64,000 nucleotides of DNA from an uncultured Chloroflexia bacterium (GTDB lineage Bacteria > Chloroflexota > Limnocylindria > QHBO01): the NCBI GenBank assembly GCA_963827475.1, contig CAWHAZ010000005.1, forward strand, positions 672,001 to 736,000, written 5' to 3'. The translations under genes and the position numbers were made by a program. The notes under the pieces are model-generated. The model was not told the DNA's origin and ran no database searches. It worked only from the letters and a program-made list of their open reading frames with translations. Positions 1 through 9,466 of this stretch are shown here, one piece after another; the first letter of the stretch is position 1, and the number at the start of each line of letters is the position of its first letter.

Positions 1-1376
1 TCGAGCTGACCAAGCACGGCTTCCTTCCGCTGCTGATGTCCTCGAAGTTCGCGCCGACCCCGGACGGGGAGTACCTGTGGTTCACCCAGGACCACGATGC
101 CAACCTGCGCGAGATCGCCCGCATCTCCCCGCACGACGCCGACGCGTACGAGCAGTACAGCCACGATCTCGATCGGGTCTGCCAGGTCCTCAAGCCGCTG
201 CTCGACACCGTCCCGCCCGATCCCTTCAGCGACGATCCCGAGGAGCTCCTCGCCCTCGCCGGCCTCGGCGCGCGGTTCCGGAAGCTCGACAAGCGCACGT
301 TCCACAACGCCGTGCGGCTGCTCACCGGGAGCGCGGCCGACTTCCTCGACGACTACTTCGAGTCCGACCTGCTGAAGGGCTGGCTCGCGTCGTCGGGGAT
401 CATCGGCTCCAAGGTCGGCCCCCGCTCGCCCGGCTCGGGCCTCGTGCTGCTCTTCCACTCCCTCGGCGAGCACGACGGGTCCTTCGGGACGTGGGCCTTC
501 CACAAGGGCGGGAACGGCGGCTTCACCCAGGTCCTGGCCCGCGCCGCGCAGGCGCACGGCGCCGAGATCCGCCTCGAGTCCCCGGTCGAGCGGGTGCTGA
601 CCGATGACGGCCGGGTCACCGGCGTGGCCCTGACCGATGGCACCGAGCTCACGGCCGACGTGGTGGTCAGCGCCCTCGATCCCCGCCGGACGTTCCTCGA
701 GCTGGTCGAGCCGCGCGAGCTGCCGGACGACCTCGTCGACACCGTGCGCCGGATGAAGTTCCAGGGCGTGTCGTCCAAGGTGAACTTCGCCCTGGACGGC
801 ATCCCGACCTACCCGCTGCTGCCCGACCGCAACGGGGAGATCTTCCGCGGATTCCTGAACATCGGTCCGTCCATGGACTACCTGGAGCGGGCCTTCGACG
901 CGGCCAAGTACGGCTGGTACAGCACCGATCCGTACATCGACGGCGCCATCCAGTCGACCATCGACCCGGACATGGCCCCGCCCGGCAAGCACGTGATGTC
1001 GTGCTTCGTGCAGTACACCCCGTACCACCTGCGGGAAGGGGATTGGGACGCGGAGCGGGACAACCTCGGCGACGCGGTGCAGGCGACTCTCGAGCGATAC
1101 TTGCCCGGCTTCGGGGACCTCGTCCTCCAGCGCGAGGTCGTCACTCCGCTCGACATCGAGCGCACGATCGGCCTGACCGAGGGAAACATCTTCGCCGGCG
1201 AGCTGTTCGCGCCCCAGATGTTCTTCCTCCGCCCCGCGCCCGGTTGGTCGCAGTACCGGACCCCGATTCACGGGTATTACCAGTGCGGGTCGGGCACGCA
1301 TCCGGGCGGCTGCGTGATGGGTGCGCCGGGCCGGCTGGCGGCGGGCCAGATCCTCAAGGATCGCGCCCCGTCCTGA
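1..1376 (+). CDS. Phytoene dehydrogenase-like FAD-dependent oxidoreductase (COG1233), 5' truncated by the window edge
   Basis: Frame is open from base 3 into ORF 36..1376. Motifs WAFHKGGNGGFTQVL, DPDMAPPGKHVMS, TPLDIER and C-terminal YQCGSGTHPGGCVMGAPG. Confidence 0.85.
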   Translation, partial: ELTKHGFLPLLMSSKFAPTPDGEYLWFTQDHDANLREIARISPHDADAYEQYSHDLDRVCQVLKPLLDTVPPDPFSDDPEELLALAGLGARFRKLDKRTFHNAVRLLTGSAADFLDDYFESDLLKGWLASSGIIGSKVGPRSPGSGLVLLFHSLGEHDGSFGTWAFHKGGNGGFTQVLARAAQAHGAEIRLESPVERVLTDDGRVTGVALTDGTELTADVVVSALDPRRTFLELVEPRELPDDLVDTVRRMKFQGVSSKVNFALDGIPTYPLLPDRNGEIFRGFLNIGPSMDYLERAFDAAKYGWYSTDPYIDGAIQSTIDPDMAPPGKHVMSCFVQYTPYHLREGDWDAERDNLGDAVQATLERYLPGFGDLVLQREVVTPLDIERTIGLTEGNIFAGELFAPQMFFLRPAPGWSQYRTPIHGYYQCGSGTHPGGCVMGAPGRLAAGQILKDRAPS

Positions 1377-1377
1377 C

Positions 1378-2082
1378 GTGAACGCGCCCGCACGCCGGCG
1401 GGTCGGGGCACTCCTCGCCGTCGGCATCACGATCTCGGCCTGCACCTCCATCAGCCCGGAGCCGAGCTTCGGGGACCCGGAGGAAGCGGCCGGCGCCCTC
1501 GTCCGGGGCGTCACGGCGGAGGTCACGGCGACCGACACCGCCATGGCCGCGGCCGGCGCGACGGCCGACTTCGGCGTCGAGGAGGGACTGCGTCGGGTCG
1601 TCATGCGCGTCGTCGACGAGATGAGCGTGGACGTAGTCGTCGTCTCGGAGGCGGACCTCGTGCTCGCCGAGCCGCCGGGCTTATGCCTGGTCGGGCCGTT
1701 CTGGAACCCGTTGGACGCCGGGCTCTCCGACCGATGCTGGGGGACGCCCGACCTCGGCCAGCTGGCCTCCACATCATGGCCAACGAATGCGGATGGCCGC
1801 GTCGTCCTCACGGCCGGGGCGCCGGTTGCGTTCGACGCGCCGCTCGCCCGTGGTTCCGAGCGATGCGACTACGCGCCGGGGGAGTGGACCTTCGAAGTCG
1901 CCCTCCGTCCAGTTGTCGGGGGAGAGGTGTTCGGGCCCCTCCGCATTCCGGACATCCTGCTTGAGGTCCCTTACGATCCGGCGCAGCCGCTCGAGCTGCT
2001 GCCGCCCGGCGAGTCGCGCGTGTGCAGCTACCCGGCGGCCGTCGTCCTGCGCCAGGGGGAGCCGGAGCTCACCACCGAGTAG
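1378..2082 (+). CDS. Hypothetical lipoprotein
   Basis: GTG at 1378, 1 nt after the upstream stop. Basic N-terminus, hydrophobic stretch and lipobox-like ISAC. Several further Cys residues. Confidence 0.6.
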   Translation: MNAPARRRVGALLAVGITISACTSISPEPSFGDPEEAAGALVRGVTAEVTATDTAMAAAGATADFGVEEGLRRVVMRVVDEMSVDVVVVSEADLVLAEPPGLCLVGPFWNPLDAGLSDRCWGTPDLGQLASTSWPTNADGRVVLTAGAPVAFDAPLARGSERCDYAPGEWTFEVALRPVVGGEVFGPLRIPDILLEVPYDPAQPLELLPPGESRVCSYPAAVVLRQGEPELTTE

Positions 2083-2092
2083 GAAACGGAAA

Positions 2093-2144
2093 GGCCCGGG
2101 CGTGAGCCCGGGCCCATCGGTCAGGTTCCGGCGTGAGCCGGACC
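2093..2144. terminator. Two hairpins between convergent genes, probable terminator(s)
   Basis: GGCCCGGGC-GTGA-GCCCGGGCC (2093-2114) with an A-rich flank that gives a U-rich tail on the minus strand. TCCGGC-GTGA-GCCGGA (2127-2142). Confidence 0.65.
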
Positions 2145-2152
2145 CATGCGGG

Positions 2153-2449
2153 TCAGATGCCCAGGATCTTGGCCTTTGCCGCGGCAAACTCCTCGTCGGT
2201 CAGCGCGCCGGCCGAGTGGAGCTGGGCGAGCTTCTGGATCTCGACCATCGGGTCGTCGGCGGCGGGAGCCGCCGGCGCGGCCTGCGCGGCCGCGGCGCCC
2301 TGGTCGTACGCAGCCTGCTGCTGGGCGTACTGGGCCTGGTCCTGGGAGGCGTACTTCTGCTCCTGGTGGTGGCGAACGGCTCCGGCCGTCCCTGCGACCA
2401 CCGCGGTGGTGGCCGCCATGCGGACAATGCCGCCTCGGCGTCGTCTCAT
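2153..2449 (-). CDS. SHOCT domain-containing protein
   Basis: N-terminal AATTAVVAGTA, Q/A-rich linker, C-terminal SHOCT IQKLAQLHSAGALTDEEFAAAKAKILG. Confidence 0.85.
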   Translation of the reverse strand: MRRRRGGIVRMAATTAVVAGTAGAVRHHQEQKYASQDQAQYAQQQAAYDQGAAAAQAAPAAPAADDPMVEIQKLAQLHSAGALTDEEFAAAKAKILGI

Positions 2450-2476
2450 CGGTCTATCTCCTTCGTTCTCCAGCGC

Positions 2477-2920
2477 TTACGCGCTGGCCTTCGCCTTGTT
2501 TTCCTCGGCCCACGCGACCGCTTCCTGGACGAGCTCGCGCGGAACGCGCTGGATGTCGACCAGCTGCCCGCCGGCGTTTTCGATGGCGTCCGCGAGCCGG
2601 GTGGCCCACAGGTCCTCCCAGACGAGCACCGCTGCCGACGAGTTCGGCTCGAGCGCCCCGGCGACCGCGTGCATGTCCTCCTCGCTCACGAAGCCGCCGC
2701 GTTCCGACGTCAACGATTCGAACGCCTGGAAGACATCCGAGCCCGCGTCCTCGAGCTCGATTCCGGTCATGCTCCCGTCGTCGCCCTTGATGACGAAGGC
2801 AAGGTCGATGATCCGGATCGTCCCGGATTTCACCAGGTCCTCGAGCGCGGGCGCGATTTCGCCCTTGAACTGGTTACCCGGAAACGCGACGACCATGTAC
2901 TGAACTGGTCCGATTCCCAT
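2477..2920 (-). CDS. DUF6325/DUF1269-like protein
   Basis: MGIGPVQYMVVAFPGNQFKGEIAPAL...IRIIDL...AVLVWEDLWA. GAAAGG RBS upstream. Typical partner of the SHOCT gene. Confidence 0.8.
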   Translation of the reverse strand: MGIGPVQYMVVAFPGNQFKGEIAPALEDLVKSGTIRIIDLAFVIKGDDGSMTGIELEDAGSDVFQAFESLTSERGGFVSEEDMHAVAGALEPNSSAAVLVWEDLWATRLADAIENAGGQLVDIQRVPRELVQEAVAWAEENKAKASA

Positions 2921-3090
2921 CAGGTGCTTCCCTTTCTCGATGCGATCGTCGAATGTGATGATTGAGAGTGCGAATGGGGGCACGCGGGGCGCGTCTCCGG
3001 GGCAATTGAGCGCGCGGTTCGCGAGCGTGGCGCTAGCGTAGCCGATGCGCCTCTCGTCCGTCGATGGCCGAACGAGTCGCGTCGGTTTCC

Positions 3091-3120
3091 TTGACGCTCG
3101 GAAAACGCGAAGCCTAGACT
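3091..3120 (+). promoter_or_regulatory. Sigma70-type promoter of the ftsB-like gene
   Basis: TTGACG (3091-3096), 18-nt spacer, TAGACT (3115-3120), 8 nt before ATG 3129. Confidence 0.6.
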
Positions 3121-3128
3121 GCCGCCCC

Positions 3129-3563
3129 ATGACCGCCGTTTCGGGCACAACGGCGACTCGGGCGCGGCCGCCTGCGCGGCGCCCGTCGCTTCGCGCGGGA
3201 CTCCGCCGGCGAAACCTGATCGTGTTGATCATCGTCGGCGCCATCGCGCTTATCACGTTCAACGTCGGCCGCCAGGCATTCCTTGGGTGGTCGGTCGGGG
3301 AGCAGGCCGCGTCCCTGGAGGCCACGGTCGCGGCCGCGGAGGCAGAGAATGCCGCCCTCCAGCGCCAGCTCCAGTACCTCCAGAGCGACGCCTACGTCAC
3401 GGCCGAAGCGCGCCGACTCCGGAACCTCGGCTATCCCGGCGAGCAGCTCCTCATCATCCCCGGTGCGGCTGAGCCGGTCCCGTTGGACACCGCTGCCACC
3501 CCGGCCGATGGCCGCCCATTGCTCGACCGCTGGGTGGAGCTCTTCTTCGGCGGCCCGCGCTAG
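3129..3563 (+). CDS. Septum formation initiator FtsB/DivIC family
   Basis: Basic N-terminus, one TM helix, coiled coil, SDAYVTAEARRLRNLGYPGE signature. Confidence 0.75.
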   Translation: MTAVSGTTATRARPPARRPSLRAGLRRRNLIVLIIVGAIALITFNVGRQAFLGWSVGEQAASLEATVAAAEAENAALQRQLQYLQSDAYVTAEARRLRNLGYPGEQLLIIPGAAEPVPLDTAATPADGRPLLDRWVELFFGGPR

Positions 3564-3576
3564 CCCGAAACCAGAA

Positions 3577-3600
3577 CCGCCGGGAGATGTCTCCCGGCGG
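3577..3600. terminator. Hairpin between convergent genes
   Basis: CCGCCGGGAGA-TG-TCTCCCGGCGG perfect inverted repeat. Confidence 0.65.
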
Positions 3601-3621
3601 CTGCGTCTCTGCGAGGCGGCG

Positions 3622-3987
3622 CTAGACCGCCAGCATCGCCTTCTTCTTCATCGCGTCGAACTCCTCGGCGGTGATGGCGCCCGAGTCCAGCAGCTTCTTC
3701 GCCTTCTCGATCTCGTCCGATGCCGAGTAGCCGGTCATCCGCTGCTCGCGCACCTGGGCGGCCTCCATCATGGCCTGATCCTGGGCCGTCATCTTCGGCC
3801 GCACGATGAGGTACAGGAGGATGCCGAGCAGGGGCAGGATGAAGATCAGAAAGATCCAGCCCGCCTTCAGCCAGCCACTCAGGTCATCGCGTCGGAAGAT
3901 GTCCCCGAACACGGCGATGAACATCCAGATGTACATCACCCAGAAGAAGAAGATGACCATGCCCCACAGGAATTCACCGAAGCTCAT
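3622..3987 (-). CDS. PLDc_N plus SHOCT domain membrane protein
   Basis: DIFRRDDLSGWLKAGWIFLIFILPLLGILLYLIVRP and C-terminal EIEKAKKLLDSGAITAEEFDAMKKK. Confidence 0.85.
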   Translation of the reverse strand: MSFGEFLWGMVIFFFWVMYIWMFIAVFGDIFRRDDLSGWLKAGWIFLIFILPLLGILLYLIVRPKMTAQDQAMMEAAQVREQRMTGYSASDEIEKAKKLLDSGAITAEEFDAMKKKAMLAV

Positions 3988-4135
3988 TCAGTTCTCCTTG
4001 CGCGGGGCAAGTTGGACGGTGCCCCTCCCGAATCACGACGCGAGTCTATCAGCCGACTGAGCGTCCGGAAACGGCCGGTGATAGGATCGGCAGCCACGCC
4101 CGGGACGCCCGCCGGGCAACTCTCGGAGGATTTTC

Positions 4136-4579
4136 ATGCGATTGACACATCGACGCACCGTCGCCAGCGTGGCGCTGGCGGTCGGACTTCTGGCAGCGTG
4201 CTCGTCGCCTTCTGGCCAGCCAAGTGCCGAGCAGGCGCTGTGCGACAGCCTTGCCGCCTTCGCCGACTCCGTCCGCGCGATCGCCGACGTCGATCCGGCA
4301 ACGGACTCGATCGAGGACATCCAGGCTGCGGCGGACTCCGCGCAGGCAGCGTGGGGAGAGGTTCAGACCGCCGTCGCGGCCGTGGATGAGGCCGACGAAG
4401 CCGCCGTTGAGGCGGCGTGGAACGACCTCGCGTCGCAGATCGGCGACTTCTCGACCGACATCCCGGTGGCCGATGCGGTCGCCGAGGTCGGCGCCGGGGT
4501 TGATGAGGTCCAGGGCGCCTACGACGAGATGCGCGACGGCCTGGGCTGCGAGGGAGAGCCCGCGTCCTCTCCGAGCTGA
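4136..4579 (+). CDS. Hypothetical acidic helical lipoprotein
   Basis: GGAGG RBS, signal peptide with LAAC lipobox, Cys near both ends of the mature part. Confidence 0.7.
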   Translation: MRLTHRRTVASVALAVGLLAACSSPSGQPSAEQALCDSLAAFADSVRAIADVDPATDSIEDIQAAADSAQAAWGEVQTAVAAVDEADEAAVEAAWNDLASQIGDFSTDIPVADAVAEVGAGVDEVQGAYDEMRDGLGCEGEPASSPS

Positions 4580-4605
4580 CCGGGCTTCGCCCGTCGATCT
4601 CGCTG

Positions 4606-4636
4606 AAACGGTCCGGGCCCTGCGCTCGGGCCGTTT
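4606..4636 (+). terminator. Probable intrinsic terminator
   Basis: AAACGGTCCGGGC...GCTCGGGCCGTTT stem with G-U pairs, downstream of the lipoprotein gene. Confidence 0.5.
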
Positions 4637-4704
4637 CGCACATCTCAGCCGTGCCTCGTCATTGCTTGCCCCAACCCCGGCGCATCGGTACTCTTGGTGA
4701 CCGC

Positions 4705-4779
4705 GGCGGAGTAGCTCAGTGGTAGAGCAGGGGACTCATAAGCCCTTGGCCGGTGGTTCGAATCCGCCCTCCGCTACCA
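4705..4779 (+). tRNA. tRNA with CAT anticodon, probably elongator tRNA-Met (Ile2 not excluded)
   Basis: GGCGGAG/CTCCGCT acceptor stem, TAGCTCAGTGGTAGAGC D arm, CTCATAA loop, GGTTCGAATCC T arm, encoded CCA. Paired 1-72 argues against an initiator. Confidence 0.92.
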
Positions 4780-4805
4780 CCTCCGACCCCACGTCGCTCG
4801 GCGCG

Positions 4806-5732
4806 ATGGTCGCCTTGGGCGCAGGCAGGCTGGGGATCCCCGACGGCGCACCCCTCGTTCTTGCCGTCTCGGGCGGGCCCGACTCCACGGCCCTCGTCCA
4901 CGGTGCCCTATCGCTGGCCCCAACCCATGGCTGGCAGATGGTGGTGGCCCATCTCGACCACGGCCTGCGCCCGGACTCCGCGACGGACGCCACGTTCGTG
5001 ACCGATGCCGCCGATGCGTTGGGTCTGCCCTGGCGGCTGCGCCGGACCGATGTCGCCGCGGAGGCGTCGACGGGCGGGATGGGCGTCGAGGAGGCCGGCC
5101 GGGTTGCGCGGTACGCATTCCTCGAGGAGATCGCCACCGAGCTGGGCGGCGGCGCCCTGGTCGCCACCGCCCACACCGCGGACGACCAGGCCGAGACGGT
5201 GCTGTTCAACCTCGCCCGGGGGACCGGGCTCCACGGCCTGCGGGGCATGCCCGCGCGGCGCGGCCGCGTCGTCCGGCCGCTGCTCCACGCTCGGCGGGCC
5301 GCGATCCGCGCCGCGCTCGACGATGCGGGCATCCCGTACCGGCTCGACCCGACCAACGACGACCGCCACCGGGCCCGGGCCCGGATCCGGGTCGACGTGC
5401 TGCCCGCCCTCGAGGCGCTGAACCCCGCCGCCGTGGAGGCGATCCTCCGCTTCGGCGCGCTGGCCGGGGATGACGATGCGCTGCTCGACGCCCTGGCCGC
5501 CGCCGAGCTCACCCGGCGGCGGGGCCCGGAGGGTATCGACTGGCGCGACCCACCGCCACGGGCCCTGGGACGGCGGGTCCTGCGCCTCGCGATCGGGGAT
5601 CCGGCGCCGGCCGCGGACCGCATCGAGGCCCTGCTCGAGGCGGCAGGCGGTCCGCGTGGCGGCCTCGCCATCGACCTTGGGCGCGGTCGAACCGCCACGG
5701 TCCGCGGCCGGCGCATCGTCATCGGTCTGTAA
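4806..5732 (+). CDS. tilS: tRNA(Ile)-lysidine synthetase
   Basis: SGGPDS PP-loop, [33 protein letters not shown]. Start approximate because the longer ORF runs through the tRNA. Confidence 0.92.
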   Translation: MVALGAGRLGIPDGAPLVLAVSGGPDSTALVHGALSLAPTHGWQMVVAHLDHGLRPDSATDATFVTDAADALGLPWRLRRTDVAAEASTGGMGVEEAGRVARYAFLEEIATELGGGALVATAHTADDQAETVLFNLARGTGLHGLRGMPARRGRVVRPLLHARRAAIRAALDDAGIPYRLDPTNDDRHRARARIRVDVLPALEALNPAAVEAILRFGALAGDDDALLDALAAAELTRRRGPEGIDWRDPPPRALGRRVLRLAIGDPAPAADRIEALLEAAGGPRGGLAIDLGRGRTATVRGRRIVIGL

Positions 5733-5810
5733 GCCGATCTACCTAGCCCATTCGAGCCCATTTGTTGGGATGGGGGGGCGTCCCTATACTCTGTGCCCGC
5801 CCCCCCACGC

Positions 5811-7787
5811 ATGGAGCCCCGCCCTCGACCCGTGAACAGCCGACTCGTCCGCAGCAGCATCCTCATCATCGGCGCCCTGTTCGCCATGGCCCTGCTGTGG
5901 ACGTACCTGATGAATCCGGACGACGGGCCCGCCCTACGCGTACAGCGATCTGCTGACCGATGCGTCCGAAGGCGAGCGTGACCGGGGTCACCCAGGACGG
6001 CACGACCCTCACCGTGAGCTTCGTGGGGACGGAAGCCACGAAGACGGCCATCGTCCCGTCGGACCAGGTCAACGTCTTCGCCGAGGTCTGCGAGGCGACG
6101 GGCGCGCCCTCCATGGCTCAGATGCGAGATCAGCTTCGAGGCGGTGGCGGAGAGCGCGACCGGGCAGTGGATCGGCGTCCTGATCGCCTCCCTGCTGCCG
6201 GTGCTGCTCATCGGCGCGTTCTTCTTCTTCATGATGCGCCAGGCCCAGGGCACGAACAACCAGGCGATGAGCTTTGGCAAGAGTCGAGCCCGAATGTTCC
6301 TCGGCAGCAAGACGGTCGTCACCTTCGCCGACGTCGCCGGCGTGGAGGAGGCCAAGCAGGAGCTGACCGAGGTCGTCGAGTTCCTGAAGTACCCCGAGAA
6401 GTTCAACGCCCTTGGCGCCCGGATCCCGCGCGGCGTGCTGCTGGTCGGCCCGCCGGGCACCGGCAAGACGCTGCTGGCCCGGGCGGTGGCCGGCGAGGCG
6501 GGGGTGCCCTTCTTCTCGATCTCCGGCTCGGAGTTCGTGGAGATGTTCGTCGGCGTCGGGGCCAGCCGCGTCCGCGACCTCTTCGAGCAGGCCAAGCGCA
6601 ACAGCCCGTGCATCGTGTTCGTCGACGAGATCGACGCGGTCGGCCGCCAGCGCGGTGCCGGACTGGGCGGCTCGCACGACGAGCGCGAGCAGACCCTGAA
6701 CCAGATCCTGGTCGAGATGGACGGGTTCGACACGAACACGAACGTCATCGTGGTCGCGGCCACCAACCGGCCGGACGTGCTCGACCCCGCGCTCCTGCGG
6801 CCGGGCCGCTTCGACCGCCAGGTCGTCCTCGACCGCCCCGACATCAGGGGCCGCCGGGAGATCCTCGACGTCCACGTCAAGGGCAAGCCGCTCGACAAGA
6901 CCGTCGACCTCGACGACCTCGCTCGGCGCTCCCCGGGATTCTCGGGCGCGGACCTCGCCAACCTGGTGAACGAGGCCGCGATCCTCGCCGCGCGGCGCAA
7001 CAAGAAGACGATCACCCAGCCGGAGTTCACCGAGGCGGTCGATCGGGTCATCGCCGGACCCGAGCGGCGGAGCCGGATCATCACCGAGGACGAGAAGAAG
7101 ATCATTGCCTACCACGAGGGCGGCCATGCCGTGGTCCAGCGCGTGCTCCCCAAGTGCGACCCGGTGACCAAGGTGACGATCGTGTCGCGGGGCATGGCCC
7201 TCGGCTACACGATGAGCCTGCCGGCCGAGGACCGCTACCTCCACAGCAAGACCGAGTTCGAGGACAAGATCGCCGGCATGCTGGGCGGGCACGTATCCGA
7301 GGAGATCGTCTTCGGCGACACGACCACCGGCGCGAGCAATGACATCGAAAAGGCGACCAACCTGGCGCGGGCGATGGTCACCCAGTACGGCATGAGCGAG
7401 GCGCTCGGACCGCTGGCCTTCGGCAAGAAGGAGGAGATGATCTTCCTCGGCCGCGAGATCAGCGAGCAGCGCAACTACTCCGACGAGGTGGCGGCCAAGA
7501 TCGACGCGGAGGTCCGGGCCATCATCGACCAGGCCTACGCCCGCGCCCGTGCCGCGCTGACCGAGCACCGCGCCGTCCTCGACCGTCTTGCCGACCTGCT
7601 GGTCGAGAAGGAAACGATCGAGGCGGCCGAGTTCGAGGCCCTGTGGGACGGCGTCCTGCCCCCGCGCGACCTGGGCGGGCCGAAGCCGGCCGACGTCACG
7701 ACCGAGGACGAGGTTCCCGCGCCGGCCGACGGCGACGCCAAGCCGACCCCGCGCCGCCGCCGCGGCCCGGCTCCCCAGCCTGCCTGA
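5811..7787 (+). CDS. ftsH: ATP-dependent zinc metalloprotease FtsH; N-terminal region split by about three frameshifts (near 5932, 5975, 6120)
   Basis: [29 protein letters not shown]1 lies in ORF 5793..5981 and the extracellular part in ORF 5960. Conserved tilS-ftsH order. Confidence 0.93.
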
Positions 7788-7791
7788 GCCC

Positions 7792-7813
7792 CGCCGTCCC
7801 GGCCGGGACGGCG
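7792..7813 (+). terminator. GC-rich hairpin after ftsH
   Basis: CGCCGTCCC-GGCC-GGGACGGCG, no U tract. Confidence 0.5.
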
Positions 7814-7925
7814 CTAGTCCTATCGGCCCATTCCGGATCGGGAAACGCTGGTCGTATACTCTCGCGGCTGGTGCGTCCGGGCACCTGCCCGGACCAAGGC
7901 ACGACAGCGAGGCCGACCTTCCAAC

Positions 7926-9005
7926 ATGATCGACGAATCGACCGCTCCGCAGGCCGCCGAGGCGGACTGGAAGCTCGAGACCGATGGCGTGTCGCTGGAC
8001 CCGCGCAGCGCGCTGGAGGTGCTCACCAACCTCAATGAGCGGGTGTCCGAGGGCCGTGTCGGCGACCTCCAGCCGGTGGCCACCGGGTTCGTGCCGTTCG
8101 ACAAGGCGATCGGCGGCGGGCTGCGATCCGGGGAGCTGATGCTCATCGGCGGCGCCCAGGGGTCGGGCAAGACGACGCTCGCCCTCCAGATGGCCCGCAA
8201 CATGGCCGCCTCAGGCCAGGCGACCGTCCTGTACGTGTGCTTCGAGCACGAGGAGGACTACCTCATCCAGCGCATGATCGCGATGGAGTCGGCCCTCTCC
8301 ACGCTGCCCAAGAAAACCGGCGCAGTGAAGATCCAGGACGTCCGGCAGGAGGTCCTGTCCACCTTCGAGGCCGCGGCCGAGGCGGGCCAGGTCGCCAAGC
8401 TCGGCGCGAATCCACGCCTCCGGCCCAGCCTGGAGCGGATCGCCCGCTACGGCAACTCGATGTACCTCATGCGCGGCACGGCCAACGGCAGCACGATCGA
8501 CAACCTGCACGCCCTGGTCGACACCAAGCGGGGCGATGACGAGCGCCGCCTCGTCCTGTTCGTGGACTACCTCCAGAAGGTGCCCGTCATCCCCGAGCCG
8601 GCCGACGAGACCGAGAAGGTGACCCGCGTGGTCAACGGCCTCAAGGACATCGCGCTGGCGAGCGAGATCGGCGTGGTCGCGATCGTGGCCGCCGACCGCG
8701 AGGGCCTGAAGGCCAAGCGGCTGCGGAACCACCACCTCCGCGGCAGCAGCGCCATCAACTACGAGGCCGACATCATCCTGATCCTGAACGACAAGTACAA
8801 CATCGTGGCCAAGGTGAACATCGAGTTCAACCCGTACCAGGCCCAGCGGTACCGCGACTGGGTCGTGGCCACCGTCGAGAAGAACCGCGGCGGACAGGAC
8901 AACGTCGACCTGGAGTGGCAGAAGCTCTTCCAGTACTCCTGCTTCGATCCGAATGGCCGGATCACCGCGGAGAAGCTGATCGAAGAGCGGCTCTACACCG
9001 AATAG
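7926..9005 (+). CDS. DnaB C-terminal-like RecA-fold ATPase with no DnaB N-terminal domain
   Basis: TGFVPFDKAIGGGLRSGELMLIGGAQGSGKT, YVCFE, LFVDYLQ, LRGSSAINYEADIILIL, VEKNRGG. Confidence 0.8.
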   Translation: MIDESTAPQAAEADWKLETDGVSLDPRSALEVLTNLNERVSEGRVGDLQPVATGFVPFDKAIGGGLRSGELMLIGGAQGSGKTTLALQMARNMAASGQATVLYVCFEHEEDYLIQRMIAMESALSTLPKKTGAVKIQDVRQEVLSTFEAAAEAGQVAKLGANPRLRPSLERIARYGNSMYLMRGTANGSTIDNLHALVDTKRGDDERRLVLFVDYLQKVPVIPEPADETEKVTRVVNGLKDIALASEIGVVAIVAADREGLKAKRLRNHHLRGSSAINYEADIILILNDKYNIVAKVNIEFNPYQAQRYRDWVVATVEKNRGGQDNVDLEWQKLFQYSCFDPNGRITAEKLIEERLYTE

Positions 9006-9021
9006 GGCGCCCGTCCTCGCC

Positions 9022-9456
9022 ATGGACGCCTACCGGGTCCTGCAGGTCGCGCCCGACTGCGAAGACGAGGTCATCCACGGCGCGTACCGCGCGCTGGCCC
9101 TGAAGTATCACCCCGACCGCGACGGGACCCAGTACGCCGCGAAGCGGATGGCCGACCTCAACCTCGCCTACGCCCTGGTGCGCGACCCGCACGTTCGCGC
9201 CCGGCACGACACCGCCCGGAAGCGCGCGAACCTGCCCGCTGTCACGGCCGGCGGGCCGGGCGCGGTGCCGCCGCCGCCGCGGGGCATGGCGGCCGGGACC
9301 CGTCTGAGCCACGGCCGCTACGCCGGTTGGACCCTCCGCGATCTCGCCCGCCAGGACCCGGACTACCTCCGCTGGCTGTCGCGCCACTCGTCGGGCGTGC
9401 AGTACCGCACCGAGATCTACCAGATCCTGTCCAAGCAGGAGTCCAGCGTCGCCTAG
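9022..9456 (+). CDS. Class C J-domain protein with a short C-terminal FGKY-type (DUF3820-like) module
   Basis: DAYRVLQV...AYRALALKYHPD J domain, then RLSHGRYAGWTLRDLARQDPDYLRWL. Confidence 0.8.
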   Translation: MDAYRVLQVAPDCEDEVIHGAYRALALKYHPDRDGTQYAAKRMADLNLAYALVRDPHVRARHDTARKRANLPAVTAGGPGAVPPPPRGMAAGTRLSHGRYAGWTLRDLARQDPDYLRWLSRHSSGVQYRTEIYQILSKQESSVA

Positions 9457-9466
9457 GCTGTCCCCC

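Noticed and set aside
4719-4805. TilS N-terminal extension overlapping the tRNA
   Set aside because: Chance open frame through the tRNA. The TilS core begins downstream.
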